From the IMG/VR virus record IMGVR_UViG_3300025466_000015: 64,000 bases of DNA. One strand, written 5' to 3'. The translations under genes and the position numbers were made by a program. Source of the DNA: a virus. Of the stretch, positions 23,234-33,796 are shown piece after piece (within the stretch, counting starts at the first letter, position 1; every line of letters begins with the position of its first letter). The notes below the pieces were generated by a model. The model ran no database searches, was not told where the DNA came from, and saw nothing but the letters and a program-made list of their open reading frames with translations.

Positions 23234-24925
23234 ATGGCAGCTATAAACAAGTTTTCTCTTTTCGGTTTTTCTATCTCTCGTGACAAGAACGAGGCAGAAC
23301 AGGCCGTACAACAGTCGTTTTCGCCACCAACGAATGACGATGGTGCTCTGACGATAACTTCAGCAGCCTACTATGGTACATATGTTGACTTAGATGGTAC
23401 AGCAAAGAATGAGGTTGAATTAATCTCTCGTTATCGTGAGATGGCAATGCAACCAGAAATCGAATCGGCAATTGACGATATCGTTAACGAAGCTATTTGT
23501 CAAGATGACGATGGTAAGATTATTGATATCGTATTGGATAATCTAAATGAATCTGAAAAGATTAAAAAAGCTATTCGAGCAGAGTTTCAAACCATTCTAA
23601 AGTTGTTGAACTATAACAACATGGCACAAGATATCTTCCGTAGATACTATATTGACGGCAAGATGTACTACCATATCATTATTGATAAAGAAAATCCAAC
23701 TCAAGGTATCAAAGAACTCAGATACATTGATCCACGCAAACTTCGTAAAGTTCGTGAGATTAAAAAGAAAAAAGACGAACGCACAGGCGTTGATGTTATG
23801 GATGTGATTAATGAATACTATATTTACAATGATAAAGTCACTACTGGTGCTTCTAGCAATTTTGGTCCTGTTGGTGTTCGTATCACTACTGATTCCATTA
23901 TTTCAGTTGTTTCCGGCCTCATGGATTCCCGTAGAGCGGTGGTTCTATCATATTTGCATAAGGCTATAAAGCCATTAAATCAGTTGCGTATGATTGAAGA
24001 TGCGACAGTTATCTATCGTATCTCAAGAGCACCAGAACGTAGGATCTTCTACATTGACGTAGGTAACTTGCCTAAACTAAAGGCTGAACAATACCTGCGT
24101 GACATCATGGTTAAGTACAAGAACAAGTTGGTGTATGATGCCAACACAGGTGAAGTCAGAGATGACCGTAAGTTCTTATCAATGATGGAAGACTTTTGGT
24201 TACCACGCCGTGAAGGTGGTAAAGGCACAGAAATTACAACATTACCTGGTGGTCAAAATCTAGGTGAGTTGGAAGACGTTAAGTACTTTGAACGTAAGTT
24301 GTATAAGTCATTGAGTGTACCAATCTCTCGTTTGGAACCTAATCAAGGCTTCTCTTTAGGTAGAGTATCTGAAGTTACCCGTGATGAATTAAAATTCAGT
24401 AAGTTTGTAGATAGACTCCGTAATAAATTTGCGGATGTATTTGACCAAGCCTTGAGAGCACAATGTGTACTGAAAGGTATTTGTACTGCTGAAGAATGGG
24501 AACTATTCAAAGAAAACATTTATTATAACTTTATCAAAGATAACAATTTCACCGAACTCAAAGATGCCGAGTTGATGAGAGAAAGATTGTCTCTCCTTGG
24601 TGAAATTGATGCTTATACAGGACGTTATTTCTCACAAAAATGGATTCAAAAGAATGTATTGCGTCTTGATGACAATAGTATTGCTGAAATGCAAAAACAA
24701 ATTGATAAAGAAAAACAAGAAGGACTTGGTTTACCAGTTGAAATTATGAATAATGTTGCTGGTCAAATGATGGCATCCGATATACCACAACAACCACAAC
24801 ATCCAGATGATGTAGAAGCAGCTCAAGCGGCAGCAGACCAAGAAGTTAAGACAACTGCAGCGGCAGCCAAAGCCAAAACCAAGTCTGAAGAAACAACCTT
24901 TGGTAAGCTTAAAAGAATATTATAA
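23234..24925 (+). CDS. gp20: Portal protein gp20
   Basis: YRISRAPERRIFYIDVGNLPK, EDFWLPRREGGKGTEITTLPGGQNLG. Confidence 0.97.
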   Translation: MAAINKFSLFGFSISRDKNEAEQAVQQSFSPPTNDDGALTITSAAYYGTYVDLDGTAKNEVELISRYREMAMQPEIESAIDDIVNEAICQDDDGKIIDIVLDNLNESEKIKKAIRAEFQTILKLLNYNNMAQDIFRRYYIDGKMYYHIIIDKENPTQGIKELRYIDPRKLRKVREIKKKKDERTGVDVMDVINEYYIYNDKVTTGASSNFGPVGVRITTDSIISVVSGLMDSRRAVVLSYLHKAIKPLNQLRMIEDATVIYRISRAPERRIFYIDVGNLPKLKAEQYLRDIMVKYKNKLVYDANTGEVRDDRKFLSMMEDFWLPRREGGKGTEITTLPGGQNLGELEDVKYFERKLYKSLSVPISRLEPNQGFSLGRVSEVTRDELKFSKFVDRLRNKFADVFDQALRAQCVLKGICTAEEWELFKENIYYNFIKDNNFTELKDAELMRERLSLLGEIDAYTGRYFSQKWIQKNVLRLDDNSIAEMQKQIDKEKQEGLGLPVEIMNNVAGQMMASDIPQQPQHPDDVEAAQAAADQEVKTTAAAAKAKTKSEETTFGKLKRIL

Positions 24926-24949
24926 ATAGGATTCATTAAGGAGAATAAC

Positions 24950-25459
24950 ATGGACACAAGAGCAATTATAGATTATGCAATGAATGACGATGCCAAGGCA
25001 ATGCGTGATGCCTTGTATGCCTCTATCCACGACAGAGTTAATGCACATATTCAAGCACACAAACAAAATGTAGCACAGAGCCTTTTCCCTGAAGAACATG
25101 AAGAAGAAGAATTGGAAATGGCTACCGAATCTGTTGAAGAACTGACAGAAGGCAAAATGGATAAAATGAGTCTTTCTTCTCTATGGCATAAACACGCACA
25201 ACACTCATATAGTGCTGACCAAGGATATGGTGGTGGTATGGGTGGTCATCACAGCCATCATGCAGCTACTGCTATTGAGAACCATGTTCGTAAACATCAC
25301 GGCAATAAAGTAGCCGATGATATGTTGAATCATTCAGATCACCATATTGCACACGCAGAATACGCTGGTCCTGATGAATCAAAACACCATGAAAAAGAAG
25401 CGGCTAAACTAAGAGCTAAGCACGGCATTAAAGGTGATTTATACGGACACGAGGAATAA
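24950..25459 (+). CDS. Probable prohead core protein (gp67 position) with His-rich C-terminal domain
   Basis: Directly after portal, TATAAATA at 24921, acidic linker, 18 His in the last ~90 aa. Confidence 0.55.
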   Translation: MDTRAIIDYAMNDDAKAMRDALYASIHDRVNAHIQAHKQNVAQSLFPEEHEEEELEMATESVEELTEGKMDKMSLSSLWHKHAQHSYSADQGYGGGMGGHHSHHAATAIENHVRKHHGNKVADDMLNHSDHHIAHAEYAGPDESKHHEKEAAKLRAKHGIKGDLYGHEE

Positions 25460-25462
25460 TAA

Positions 25463-26002
25463 ATGTCTAATGTTTTTACATATCAAGTCATAAAAGATAC
25501 CACAGAGAAAGCGGTTATTAAGTTAACTGGTAAGTTTGATGGTTCTGGTCAAGAAGACAATGCACACCGTATTCAAGCAAATACTTTGTATGGTGCTTTG
25601 GACGCCAATGGTGTTCCATTACACACATCAGCTAGTTTAAGTAATACAGCCTTAAATTACTATGGTTTATCCATTTTTAGAGTATGGTATGATTGTGTTA
25701 ATCCAACTTCCGCAGATGTTGACATTTATTGGAATGGTAATCCAACCGAAACTGCTTTGTTAGTTTCTGGTACATATGAATATGATGGTGCAGCAAACTG
25801 GGTAACAATACCAAATTCAGCAAAAGCAAACAGCCAAATCACATTGTGTAACGGTGATATTGGTATTCGTACAAGAGGTATGGCAGCCAATAATTCATAT
25901 ACAATTATTATGGAGTTACGCAAAGATAATGCCTACTATCAACGTGGTCAATTCGATGATCCTGGTGCATTTAACTATCCACCTTATGGAGTTACTCCAT
26001 GA
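25463..26002 (+). CDS. Hypothetical virion/head-region protein
   Basis: ORF between core protein and gp21. Confidence 0.55.
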   Translation: MSNVFTYQVIKDTTEKAVIKLTGKFDGSGQEDNAHRIQANTLYGALDANGVPLHTSASLSNTALNYYGLSIFRVWYDCVNPTSADVDIYWNGNPTETALLVSGTYEYDGAANWVTIPNSAKANSQITLCNGDIGIRTRGMAANNSYTIIMELRKDNAYYQRGQFDDPGAFNYPPYGVTP

Positions 26003-26643
26003 AACTAATTAAAGAAATCCACGAAACAGTCAACTATCTCGTAGAAGAAGCTGACGGTAAAAAGACCCTTCATATTGAAGGACCATTTTTGGTTGCTGAA
26101 AAGAAAAACCGTAATGGTCGTTTGTATGAGTATGCAACGATGAAAAATGAAGTTGCTCGTTATACTAATGAGTACATCAACAAACATCGTGCTTTTGGTG
26201 AACTAGGACATCCTGAGACACCTTCTATCAATTTGGATCGTGTATCACATTTGATTACCTCTTTAAAAGAAGACGGTACAACATGGATTGGTAAAGCAAA
26301 GATACTTGATACTCCTATGGGTGCAATAGCCAGAAACCTTATTGAAGGTGGCGCACAACTAGGTGTATCATCAAGAGGCATGGGTTCACTTGTTAACAAG
26401 AATGGTGTTAATGTAGTGCAATCAGATTTTTATCTAGCCACAGCGGCTGATATTGTAGCAGACCCTTCTGCGCCTGGAGCTTTTGTTCAAGGCATTATGG
26501 AAGGAAAAGAATGGATGTTAGTTGAAGGTGTATGGACTGAAGTTGACCAAGCGCAAGCTATTCAGCAGGTTCGTCAAGCTTCTCAAAGAGATATTGAGAG
26601 AGTAAGCTTGAAAATCTTCGAAAACTTCATGAAAAAACTTTAA
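25999..26643 (+). CDS. gp21: Prohead protease gp21
   Basis: KNRNGRLY, GELGHP, LGVSSRGMGS, DIVADPSAP. Confidence 0.96.
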   Translation: MKLIKEIHETVNYLVEEADGKKTLHIEGPFLVAEKKNRNGRLYEYATMKNEVARYTNEYINKHRAFGELGHPETPSINLDRVSHLITSLKEDGTTWIGKAKILDTPMGAIARNLIEGGAQLGVSSRGMGSLVNKNGVNVVQSDFYLATAADIVADPSAPGAFVQGIMEGKEWMLVEGVWTEVDQAQAIQQVRQASQRDIERVSLKIFENFMKKL

Positions 26644-26644
26644 A

Positions 26645-26652
26645 TATAAATA
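26645..26652 (+). promoter_or_regulatory. T4-type late promoter TATAAATA
   Basis: Exact consensus before gp22; also at 24921, 33810, 43765, 50928, 53063 and minus strand 49992-49999. Confidence 0.8.
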
Positions 26653-26681
26653 TCCAATACCAAATCAAGGAGATTTTCAAA

Positions 26682-28016
26682 ATGGGAAAATTTAATCTAG
26701 CAGATGCCGCTAAAGCTCTTTTGAGTGAAGACTCAAAAGCAACCTTTGATTCTAATATCAAAGCAAAACAAGGTATGCGTGGCCAAGATTCACACAAACA
26801 CGGAGAAGTAGGCAAAGACAAAGTTAAAGCTTCTGTCGCTTACGGTGAGAAAGACGCCGGAGTAATCGGTCATTCTCCAGAAAAAGAAGATGATACGTTG
26901 CCAGATTACCTAAAAGGTACTCCATCTGCAACTCCTCCAGGTGCAACACCACCTGTTGGTTCAGAAAAAGACGGTGTTGGTTACTCATCACCAAAAGGTC
27001 AACCACAGGAAACTATGGGTCGTGGCGAGTTGAGAAAAACTTATCAAGACGAACCAACTTCTTACGAAGCTATCCGTGACCGTATCGCTGGTAAAAAACC
27101 AAAACAAACAATGCAAATGAATCCTGGTGCTACAATGCAGGGTTATGGTGAAGAAACTGAATACGATGAAGACGGTGAATTGGTAACTGAGAAGCACTGG
27201 AAAGAAAGCGAATCTCATCCTGACGAGAAACAAGATAAAGCTCTGTTCAAGAAAATGATGGCTAAAGAAAAGATGAAAGAAAAAATGAAAGAAGACATGG
27301 ACGCTCTATTGGGCGGAGAAAATCTTTCTGAAGAATTCGTATCCAAAGCAACTACAATTTTTGAAGCAGCAGTTATTGCTCGTGCTGAAGAAGTTATCGC
27401 TGCAGCTGAAGAAGAATTAGAAGAACAATTTGTTGAAGCCGTTGAACAAGTTAAAGAAGATTTGGCATCCAAACTTGATGACTACCTAAACTACATGGTA
27501 GAAGAATGGATCAAAGACAATGAAGTGGCAATTACTGCTGGTTTGAAAGCACAAGTAGTTGAAGAATTCATGTCCGGTTTACACAACCTATTCAAAGAAC
27601 ACTATATCAATATTCCAGAAGACCAAACAGATGTCGTGGAAGAATTGGTAACTAGAGTTGAAGAACTAGAAGAAGAATTGAACGAACAGATCAATACTTC
27701 AGTAGAATTATCTAAAGCTCTAAACGAACAACTAAAAATTGAGGCTATACACGCAGCATGTGAAGGCCTGACAACGCAGACCCAAGTGGAAAAACTAAAA
27801 TCGCTCGCAGAGAGTGTTGAGTTCACTAATTTGGATGAGTTCACAGAAAAATTGGAAACAATTAAAGAATCATACTTTAAAACTCCAGTAAATTCTAGTG
27901 GCAGTTCTGCACTCAATGAAGAAGTCATTATTGAAGAAGATAAGAAACCTTCAAGATCAAATGACCCAGACATTGATATGTTTGCGAAAGCAATTTCTAA
28001 ATCCGTGAATAAGTAA
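26682..28016 (+). CDS. gp22: Prohead scaffold protein gp22
   Basis: LSEEFVSKATTIFEAAV, LDDYLNYMVEEW; acidic coiled coil; between gp21 and gp23. Confidence 0.9.
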   Translation: MGKFNLADAAKALLSEDSKATFDSNIKAKQGMRGQDSHKHGEVGKDKVKASVAYGEKDAGVIGHSPEKEDDTLPDYLKGTPSATPPGATPPVGSEKDGVGYSSPKGQPQETMGRGELRKTYQDEPTSYEAIRDRIAGKKPKQTMQMNPGATMQGYGEETEYDEDGELVTEKHWKESESHPDEKQDKALFKKMMAKEKMKEKMKEDMDALLGGENLSEEFVSKATTIFEAAVIARAEEVIAAAEEELEEQFVEAVEQVKEDLASKLDDYLNYMVEEWIKDNEVAITAGLKAQVVEEFMSGLHNLFKEHYINIPEDQTDVVEELVTRVEELEEELNEQINTSVELSKALNEQLKIEAIHAACEGLTTQTQVEKLKSLAESVEFTNLDEFTEKLETIKESYFKTPVNSSGSSALNEEVIIEEDKKPSRSNDPDIDMFAKAISKSVNK

Positions 28017-28064
28017 TTTACTAAATATTACTTACCACAACAATAATAACAGGAGTTATCTAAA

Positions 28065-29411
28065 ATGTTCATGACAGAAGAACTACAAAAAAAGTGGGAT
28101 TCTGTGTTAAATCACGAAGATTTGACACCGATCAAAGACCCATATAAGAAAGCCGTTACAGCTCTAGTACTTGAGAACCAAGTACAAGCTATGCGTTCAG
28201 AGCGTCAGCAATTGAACGAAACGGATGCTGGTCCAACAAACACAACAGGTGGTATCAATAACTTTGACCCAATCTTGATTAGCTTGGTTCGCCGTTCACT
28301 ACCAAACTTGATTGCTTATGATATCGCTGGTGTTCAGCCAATGACTGGTCCTACAGGTTTGATTTTCGCAATGCGTGCTCTATACAACACACAAGGCGAC
28401 AAAACTGGTTCAGGCGCAGGTGCTGAAGCATTCTACGGTGAAGCAAATACATCATTCTCTGGTACAGCTTCTTTGAATAACCCCTACGGTTTCCAAGGTA
28501 CTGCTGGTGAAGACGTTGCAACAGACTTCCAAAATCCTGCTTCATTGCATACAACAACTGGTATTGCAATGCCAACAGCTAACGCTGAATTCTTGGGTTC
28601 TGATGCTTCTGGCGCTGGTGCTTTCCAACAAATGGCCTTCTCTATCGAGAAAGTTACTGTTACTGCTCAATCTAGAGCATTGAAAGCTGAATACTCACTA
28701 GAACTAGCACAAGACTTGAAAGCAATCCACGGTTTGGATGCTGAGACAGAATTGTCAAACATTTTGTCTACTGAGATTCTTGCTGAGATTAACCGTGAAG
28801 TTATCCGTACAGTTTACTTGTCCGCTAAGGCAGGTGCTCAATACGGTACAACAACTGCTGGTTACTTTGACCTAGACACAGACTCTAACGGTCGTTGGTC
28901 TGTTGAACGTTTCAAAGGTTTGATTTTCCAAGTTGAACGTGATGCTAACGTTATTGCCAAAGAAACTCGTAGGGGTAAAGGTAACGTCATGATCGTTTCT
29001 TCTGACGTTGCTTCTGCTATGGCTATGGCTGGTGTGTTGTCTTATACACCTGCTTTGTCTGCTGACCTACAAGTTGACGATACAGGTAATACATTTGCTG
29101 GTTTGTTACATGGTCGCATCAAGGTTTATATTGATCCATATTATGGTGGTTACACATCTAACCAAGAGTTGGTTACAATTGGTTATAAGGGTTCTTCTCC
29201 TTATGACGCAGGTCTTTTCTACTGTCCTTACGTTCCTCTACAAATGGTTCGTGCAGTTGACCAGTTCACATTCCAACCAAAAATTGGATTCAAAACTCGT
29301 TACGGCATGGTAGCAAATCCATTTGCACAACAATTGACTCGTGGTTTGGGTGCATTGAATCAAAGAACAAACGCTTACTATCGTTTGTTTGGCGTCAAAA
29401 ACCTAATGTGA
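28065..29411 (+). CDS. gp23: Major capsid protein gp23
   Basis: GVQPMTGPTGLIFAMR, SRALKAEYSLELAQDLKAIHGLDAE, FQPKIGFKTRYG. Confidence 0.98.
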   Translation: MFMTEELQKKWDSVLNHEDLTPIKDPYKKAVTALVLENQVQAMRSERQQLNETDAGPTNTTGGINNFDPILISLVRRSLPNLIAYDIAGVQPMTGPTGLIFAMRALYNTQGDKTGSGAGAEAFYGEANTSFSGTASLNNPYGFQGTAGEDVATDFQNPASLHTTTGIAMPTANAEFLGSDASGAGAFQQMAFSIEKVTVTAQSRALKAEYSLELAQDLKAIHGLDAETELSNILSTEILAEINREVIRTVYLSAKAGAQYGTTTAGYFDLDTDSNGRWSVERFKGLIFQVERDANVIAKETRRGKGNVMIVSSDVASAMAMAGVLSYTPALSADLQVDDTGNTFAGLLHGRIKVYIDPYYGGYTSNQELVTIGYKGSSPYDAGLFYCPYVPLQMVRAVDQFTFQPKIGFKTRYGMVANPFAQQLTRGLGALNQRTNAYYRLFGVKNLM

Positions 29412-29452
29412 TTCCCAATTGGGACGAAAAGCCAACGTAAGAGTGGCACTTT

Positions 29453-29479
29453 AAAAGGGACCTTCGGGTCCCTTTTTTT
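29453..29479 (+). terminator. Rho-independent terminator after gp23
   Basis: AAAAGGGACC-TTCG-GGTCCCTTTTTTT. Confidence 0.9.
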
Positions 29480-29565
29480 GTGTCTGTTTTATTTCTTTTT
29501 AGTGATTACACTAAATATTGGAGTAAGTTTGACTTACAATCCACAATTAATTATAGGAGTTTAGC

Positions 29566-29853
29566 ATGGCACATACAGTAACAATTACAATTGTAACAGC
29601 AGAACAATCATTTCCAGCCGAAACAGTATCAGCTGGTATCAAAGTGAGACTAGGTGACAATAATCAAACAATTGTTGCAGCACCATATGTTGCAATTTTT
29701 GAAGATATTGAACCAGGTGATTACACTATTCAAGCAGAAACTATTGACGCAGCAGGAAATTCTTTGGGTAATGCAATCACAGGATCAGTAACAGTCGCAC
29801 CAGATGTTGTTAATATTGACGTACCAGCATCTTTGTCGGTAGTCGTATCTTAA
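29566..29853 (+). CDS. Small beta-rich (Ig-like?) protein, possible capsid decoration
   Basis: SD AGGAG; PGDYTIQAETIDAAGN resembles Ig-like strands; own terminator. Confidence 0.5.
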   Translation: MAHTVTITIVTAEQSFPAETVSAGIKVRLGDNNQTIVAAPYVAIFEDIEPGDYTIQAETIDAAGNSLGNAITGSVTVAPDVVNIDVPASLSVVVS

Positions 29854-29854
29854 T

Positions 29855-29877
29855 AAAGGCCGCTTAAGGCGGCTTTT
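29855..29877 (+). terminator. Rho-independent terminator
   Basis: AAGGCCGC-TTAAG-GCGGCTTTT. Confidence 0.65.
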
Positions 29878-29907
29878 ACGTCTCCTAAATAATAGATAAA
29901 GGAGATA

Positions 29908-30423
29908 ATGATGACTGTATTGAACAGAAATCCACAAAATACTAATCTATTACAACCCACAAAGTTTCTACTGGTATTCAATCGTTTACCAGCAGTACAA
30001 TACTTTTGTCAAACAGTCAACGTTCCGGGTATTGCGTTAGATGAAGTTGTGCGTTCAACACCTTTTCTAGACATATATTATCCAGGAACAAAATTAAAAT
30101 ATGATCCGTTTGATATAGATTTTCTAATTGATGAAGAATTGACAACATGGAAAAATATGTACGATTGGTTTCTGACTTTTGCTGATCCGGATGGATTTGA
30201 AAAGGATGGAAATTATTCCGAATTACAAACAAACAAACACGTTTCGGATGCAACTCTGACCATACTAAGTGCTTTAAATAATCCTGTATTAAGAATACAA
30301 TTTAGAAATGTTTATCCTTTGACAATATCGGATTTAAATTTTGATACCAAAGAATCGGCAGATTCGATTATGACCTGTAAAGCTACATTTAGGTACGAAT
30401 CATATAACTACTTGACAGTTTAA
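29908..30423 (+). CDS. gp3: Tail completion protein gp3-like
   Basis: NLLQPTKF, YFCQTVNVPGI, FLIDEEL, SDATLTIL; synteny before uvsY. Confidence 0.85.
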   Translation: MMTVLNRNPQNTNLLQPTKFLLVFNRLPAVQYFCQTVNVPGIALDEVVRSTPFLDIYYPGTKLKYDPFDIDFLIDEELTTWKNMYDWFLTFADPDGFEKDGNYSELQTNKHVSDATLTILSALNNPVLRIQFRNVYPLTISDLNFDTKESADSIMTCKATFRYESYNYLTV

Positions 30424-30440
30424 TTGATTTGTGTTATTAT
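30412..30440 (+). promoter_or_regulatory. Sigma70-type promoter for uvsY-uvsW
   Basis: TTGACA-17 bp-TATTAT. Confidence 0.6.
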
Positions 30441-30465
30441 GTTATTTTGATTGCCACTTTATACT

Positions 30466-30900
30466 ATGGAAACACTTGACCAAATTTTAAAACTATGGGA
30501 AAAAGATGCCGTTATAGATCAGACTGAAGCTGGTCTGGCACTTATCAATATACCGATTCTACACGGTAAGTACCTAACGATTCTCACCAGACACAAAATG
30601 GCAGCCAAGAAGGCACATTTTGATTACCTCCGTATGCGTAAGACCAAATGGGAATATTATACAGGTAAATTATCACAAGAAGAATTGGAACAACATGGTT
30701 GGGAACCATTTCAATTTACACTCAAATCTGACATCAATACATACTTAGAGGCTGATTCAGATTTAATTAAATTATTAGAGAAGAAAATATATCACGAAGA
30801 AGTGGTATCAGTCATTGAGTCTATCATGGCCGAGATTAAACAAAGAACTTGGCAGTTGCGAGATTACATATCATGGGAGAAGTTTGTTGCCGGAATTTGA
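30466..30900 (+). CDS. uvsY: Recombination mediator UvsY
   Basis: WEKDAVID, IPILHGKYL, KWEYYTGK, YLEADSDL; precedes uvsW. Confidence 0.9.
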   Translation: METLDQILKLWEKDAVIDQTEAGLALINIPILHGKYLTILTRHKMAAKKAHFDYLRMRKTKWEYYTGKLSQEELEQHGWEPFQFTLKSDINTYLEADSDLIKLLEKKIYHEEVVSVIESIMAEIKQRTWQLRDYISWEKFVAGI

Positions 30901-32371
30901 CCTAACAATATCAAAAAAAGATGAAGTATATGCCAAGATAATATGTGAAAAACACATTGCTAGGGAACTATCAGAGTACTTTACTTTTTTTGTACCAGGT
31001 TATCAATACGTTCCAGCATACAGGAACAAAATTTGGGATGGAAAGATACGCCTATTCATCCTATTAAATCAAACTATATACCTTGGCCTTCTTCCTTATG
31101 TGGAAGAATTTTGCAAAGACCGAAGCTATACGATAGATTATGATGATACACGACCGGATATTGAAGATGATTTTTCTGTGTATCATGCTGAGAAATTTAT
31201 ATCTGGTTTAAACATTCCGTTTGAAGTTAGAGATTATCAGATAGATGCTTTTGTACATGGTATGCAAAGACGTAGAGCTTTGTTGTTATCACCAACGGCA
31301 TCAGGTAAATCTCTTATCATATATCTTTTGGTTAGACAGTTTTTAGATTATCAAAATCTTAGGGGTTTAATTATTGTTCCTACAACTTCTTTGGTAGAGC
31401 AGTTGTTTAAAGACTTTAGTGATTATGGATGGAACACCGGTGATTATACACACAGAATCTACCAAGGCAAGCCTAAAGAAACAGATTTACCATTAACTAT
31501 CTCCACATGGCAATCACTCTATCAACTGCCTAAAGAATATTTTGAACAGTTTGATTACATCATTGGTGACGAAGCACACCTGTTCAAGTCACAATCATTG
31601 ACCAAGATACTTACATCATGTAACAAGACCAAGTATCGTATTGGCCTTACAGGCACCTTAGATGGTTCCAAGACACACAAACTGGTATTAGAAGGACTAT
31701 TTGGTCAAGTTAAGAAAGTTATTACCACCAAAGAGTTGATGGATAACAAACAAGTTTCTGATTTTGAAATCAAATGTCTAGTGTTGAAGCATCCTGATGA
31801 GATATGTAAAGCCATGAAAGAGTATACATATCAGGAAGAACTTGGTTATTTAATTATGAATGAGGAGCGTAACAAATTCATTAAGAATCTTGCGGTAAGC
31901 TTGAAAGAAAATACACTTATTTTGTATCAAATGGTTGAAAAACATGGTCAACTCCTGTATAATATGATACTAGAAACAGAGAAACTTGGCAACAGAAAAG
32001 TTTTCTTTGTACATGGTGGAACAACAACTGAAGATAGAGAAACAATACGAGCAATCGTGGAGAAAGAAAATGACGCTATTATTGTGGCTTCTTATGGCAC
32101 TTTTTCTACAGGCATTAATATTAGGAATTTACATAATGTTATATTTGCCAGCCCAAGTAAAAGCCGAGTTAGAAACCTTCAAAGTATTGGCCGAGCACTT
32201 AGAAACTCTACAGGAAAGAGTAAGGCAACACTCTATGATGTTTCAGACGACCTCACATACAAAAAACATATGAATTTTACATTACGGCATTTCGTGGAGA
32301 GGGTGAAGATATATAAAGGAGAGCAGTTCTCTTTTAAAATTTACAAGATAGGACTTAAAAATGGAAAGTAA
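30887..32371 (+). CDS. uvsW: DNA helicase UvsW
   Basis: WDGKIRLF, SPTASGKS, DEAH, GLTGT, QSIGRALR; probable TTG start after GGAGA. Confidence 0.94.
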   Translation: MPEFDLTISKKDEVYAKIICEKHIARELSEYFTFFVPGYQYVPAYRNKIWDGKIRLFILLNQTIYLGLLPYVEEFCKDRSYTIDYDDTRPDIEDDFSVYHAEKFISGLNIPFEVRDYQIDAFVHGMQRRRALLLSPTASGKSLIIYLLVRQFLDYQNLRGLIIVPTTSLVEQLFKDFSDYGWNTGDYTHRIYQGKPKETDLPLTISTWQSLYQLPKEYFEQFDYIIGDEAHLFKSQSLTKILTSCNKTKYRIGLTGTLDGSKTHKLVLEGLFGQVKKVITTKELMDNKQVSDFEIKCLVLKHPDEICKAMKEYTYQEELGYLIMNEERNKFIKNLAVSLKENTLILYQMVEKHGQLLYNMILETEKLGNRKVFFVHGGTTTEDRETIRAIVEKENDAIIVASYGTFSTGINIRNLHNVIFASPSKSRVRNLQSIGRALRNSTGKSKATLYDVSDDLTYKKHMNFTLRHFVERVKIYKGEQFSFKIYKIGLKNGK

Positions 32372-32762
32372 AGATATAAAGATTGTAAGATTAACTTCAG
32401 GCGAAGATATCGTATGTGGCTTAATTGAATCTGATGGTACATATTACTTAAAGAATCCTATGGTATTCATTCTCAAAGATACCGGTAAACAATTTGTGTT
32501 GATGTTACAGAATTGGTTACCAATGCAAGTTATGAAAATGAATGAAGCAATCATCAAAGCAAAAGATGTCATAGCTGTTTTAGAACCAGATGAAAATTTT
32601 ACTGAATATTTTTTGAATGAATCAAGAGAAATGGAAGAAGCTATTGAAGCTAAATTGAATTTGAGAAGCCTTAAAGACATTAAATCGGAAGAATCTGGTG
32701 TTAATGATTGGATGAATACATTAGAAGATATGGAAATATCTAAAGGTGATTTATTACATTAA
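32361..32762 (+). CDS. Hypothetical protein, Sm-like fold candidate
   Basis: IVRLTSGEDIVC...LKNP pattern; between uvsW and gp55. Confidence 0.55.
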   Translation: MESKDIKIVRLTSGEDIVCGLIESDGTYYLKNPMVFILKDTGKQFVLMLQNWLPMQVMKMNEAIIKAKDVIAVLEPDENFTEYFLNESREMEEAIEAKLNLRSLKDIKSEESGVNDWMNTLEDMEISKGDLLH

Positions 32763-32834
32763 TCTTTAAGGGTCTACACCGAGGACTATACTCTATGTCA
32801 AGCCTTTTGTCAACAACTTTCTGTGGTATATATT

Positions 32835-33377
32835 ATGAGCAAACAAAAACATTACATCAACAATGCTGATTTCCTATTGGCCTTAACTGAATACAAGGCT
32901 AAAGTGAAAGAGGCAAAGAAACAAAACCTACCTGCACCAGCGATACCAAATTACATCGGTGAATGCTTTATGAAGATAGCGGAAGGTTTATCTCACAAAC
33001 CAAACTTTATCAATTACTCCTACAGAGATGAAATGATATCGGATGGTATTGAGAACTGTTTGATGTACTTTGCCAACTTTGATGAAACCAAATCAAAGAA
33101 TCCGTTTGCTTATTTCACACAAATCATTTACTATGCCTTTCTCCGTAGAATACAGAAGGAGAAGAAACAACTTTATGTGAAATATAAATCCACAGAACTG
33201 GCTGGCATCCTAGATGAGTTTGAGATGTTGGAACATGAAGATGGTACTTCAAGTCAGTTTGAATTGTATGATAACATTTCCGAATTTATCGGTAACTATG
33301 AAGATGCCAAAGCTGCCAAGAAGGCTGAAAAGGCAATTAAAAAACCAAAAGGTCTTGAAAAATTTATTGAGGGGTAA
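32835..33377 (+). CDS. gp55: Late transcription sigma factor gp55
   Basis: HYINNADF, YIGECFMKIAEGLSHKPNF, NPFAYFTQIIYYAFLRRI. Confidence 0.95.
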   Translation: MSKQKHYINNADFLLALTEYKAKVKEAKKQNLPAPAIPNYIGECFMKIAEGLSHKPNFINYSYRDEMISDGIENCLMYFANFDETKSKNPFAYFTQIIYYAFLRRIQKEKKQLYVKYKSTELAGILDEFEMLEHEDGTSSQFELYDNISEFIGNYEDAKAAKKAEKAIKKPKGLEKFIEG

Positions 33378-33379
33378 TT

Positions 33380-33796
33380 ATGAGAATAGGATTTACTTGT
33401 TCGACTTTTGATTTGTTTCATGCTGGCCATGTGATGATGTTACAAGAAGCTAGAACACAATGTGATTATTTGATTGTTGGATTACAAACCGACCCAACAA
33501 TAGACAGACCAGAAAAGAATAAACCAGTTCAAACATTATTGGAAAGATTCATTCAGGTCAAAGCCTGTAAGTATGTGGATGAAATTGTACCATATTCTAC
33601 CGAAAAAGAATTGATGGACATCTTGACATCCTTCCCAATTGATGTTAGAATCATTGGAGAGGAGTATAGAGATAAACAATTTACTGGTCATAATTTGCCA
33701 TTGGCTGTTTACTTTAACTCTAGACAACACAGTTTCAGTACAACTGAACTTAGACAACGTGTACTACAAGCGAATACTAAAACCACTAAGACATGA
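33380..33796 (+). CDS. Cytidylyltransferase (TagD/glycerol-3-phosphate CTase-like)
   Basis: TFDLFHAGH (HxGH), ACKYVDE, STTELR. Confidence 0.85.
   Translation: MRIGFTCSTFDLFHAGHVMMLQEARTQCDYLIVGLQTDPTIDRPEKNKPVQTLLERFIQVKACKYVDEIVPYSTEKELMDILTSFPIDVRIIGEEYRDKQFTGHNLPLAVYFNSRQHSFSTTELRQRVLQANTKTTKT

Noticed and set aside
29402-29450. Hammerhead-like look after gp23 (hairpin followed by GAAA)
   Set aside because: Core reads CTAATGTG rather than CTGANGA and stems I/III are not evident.
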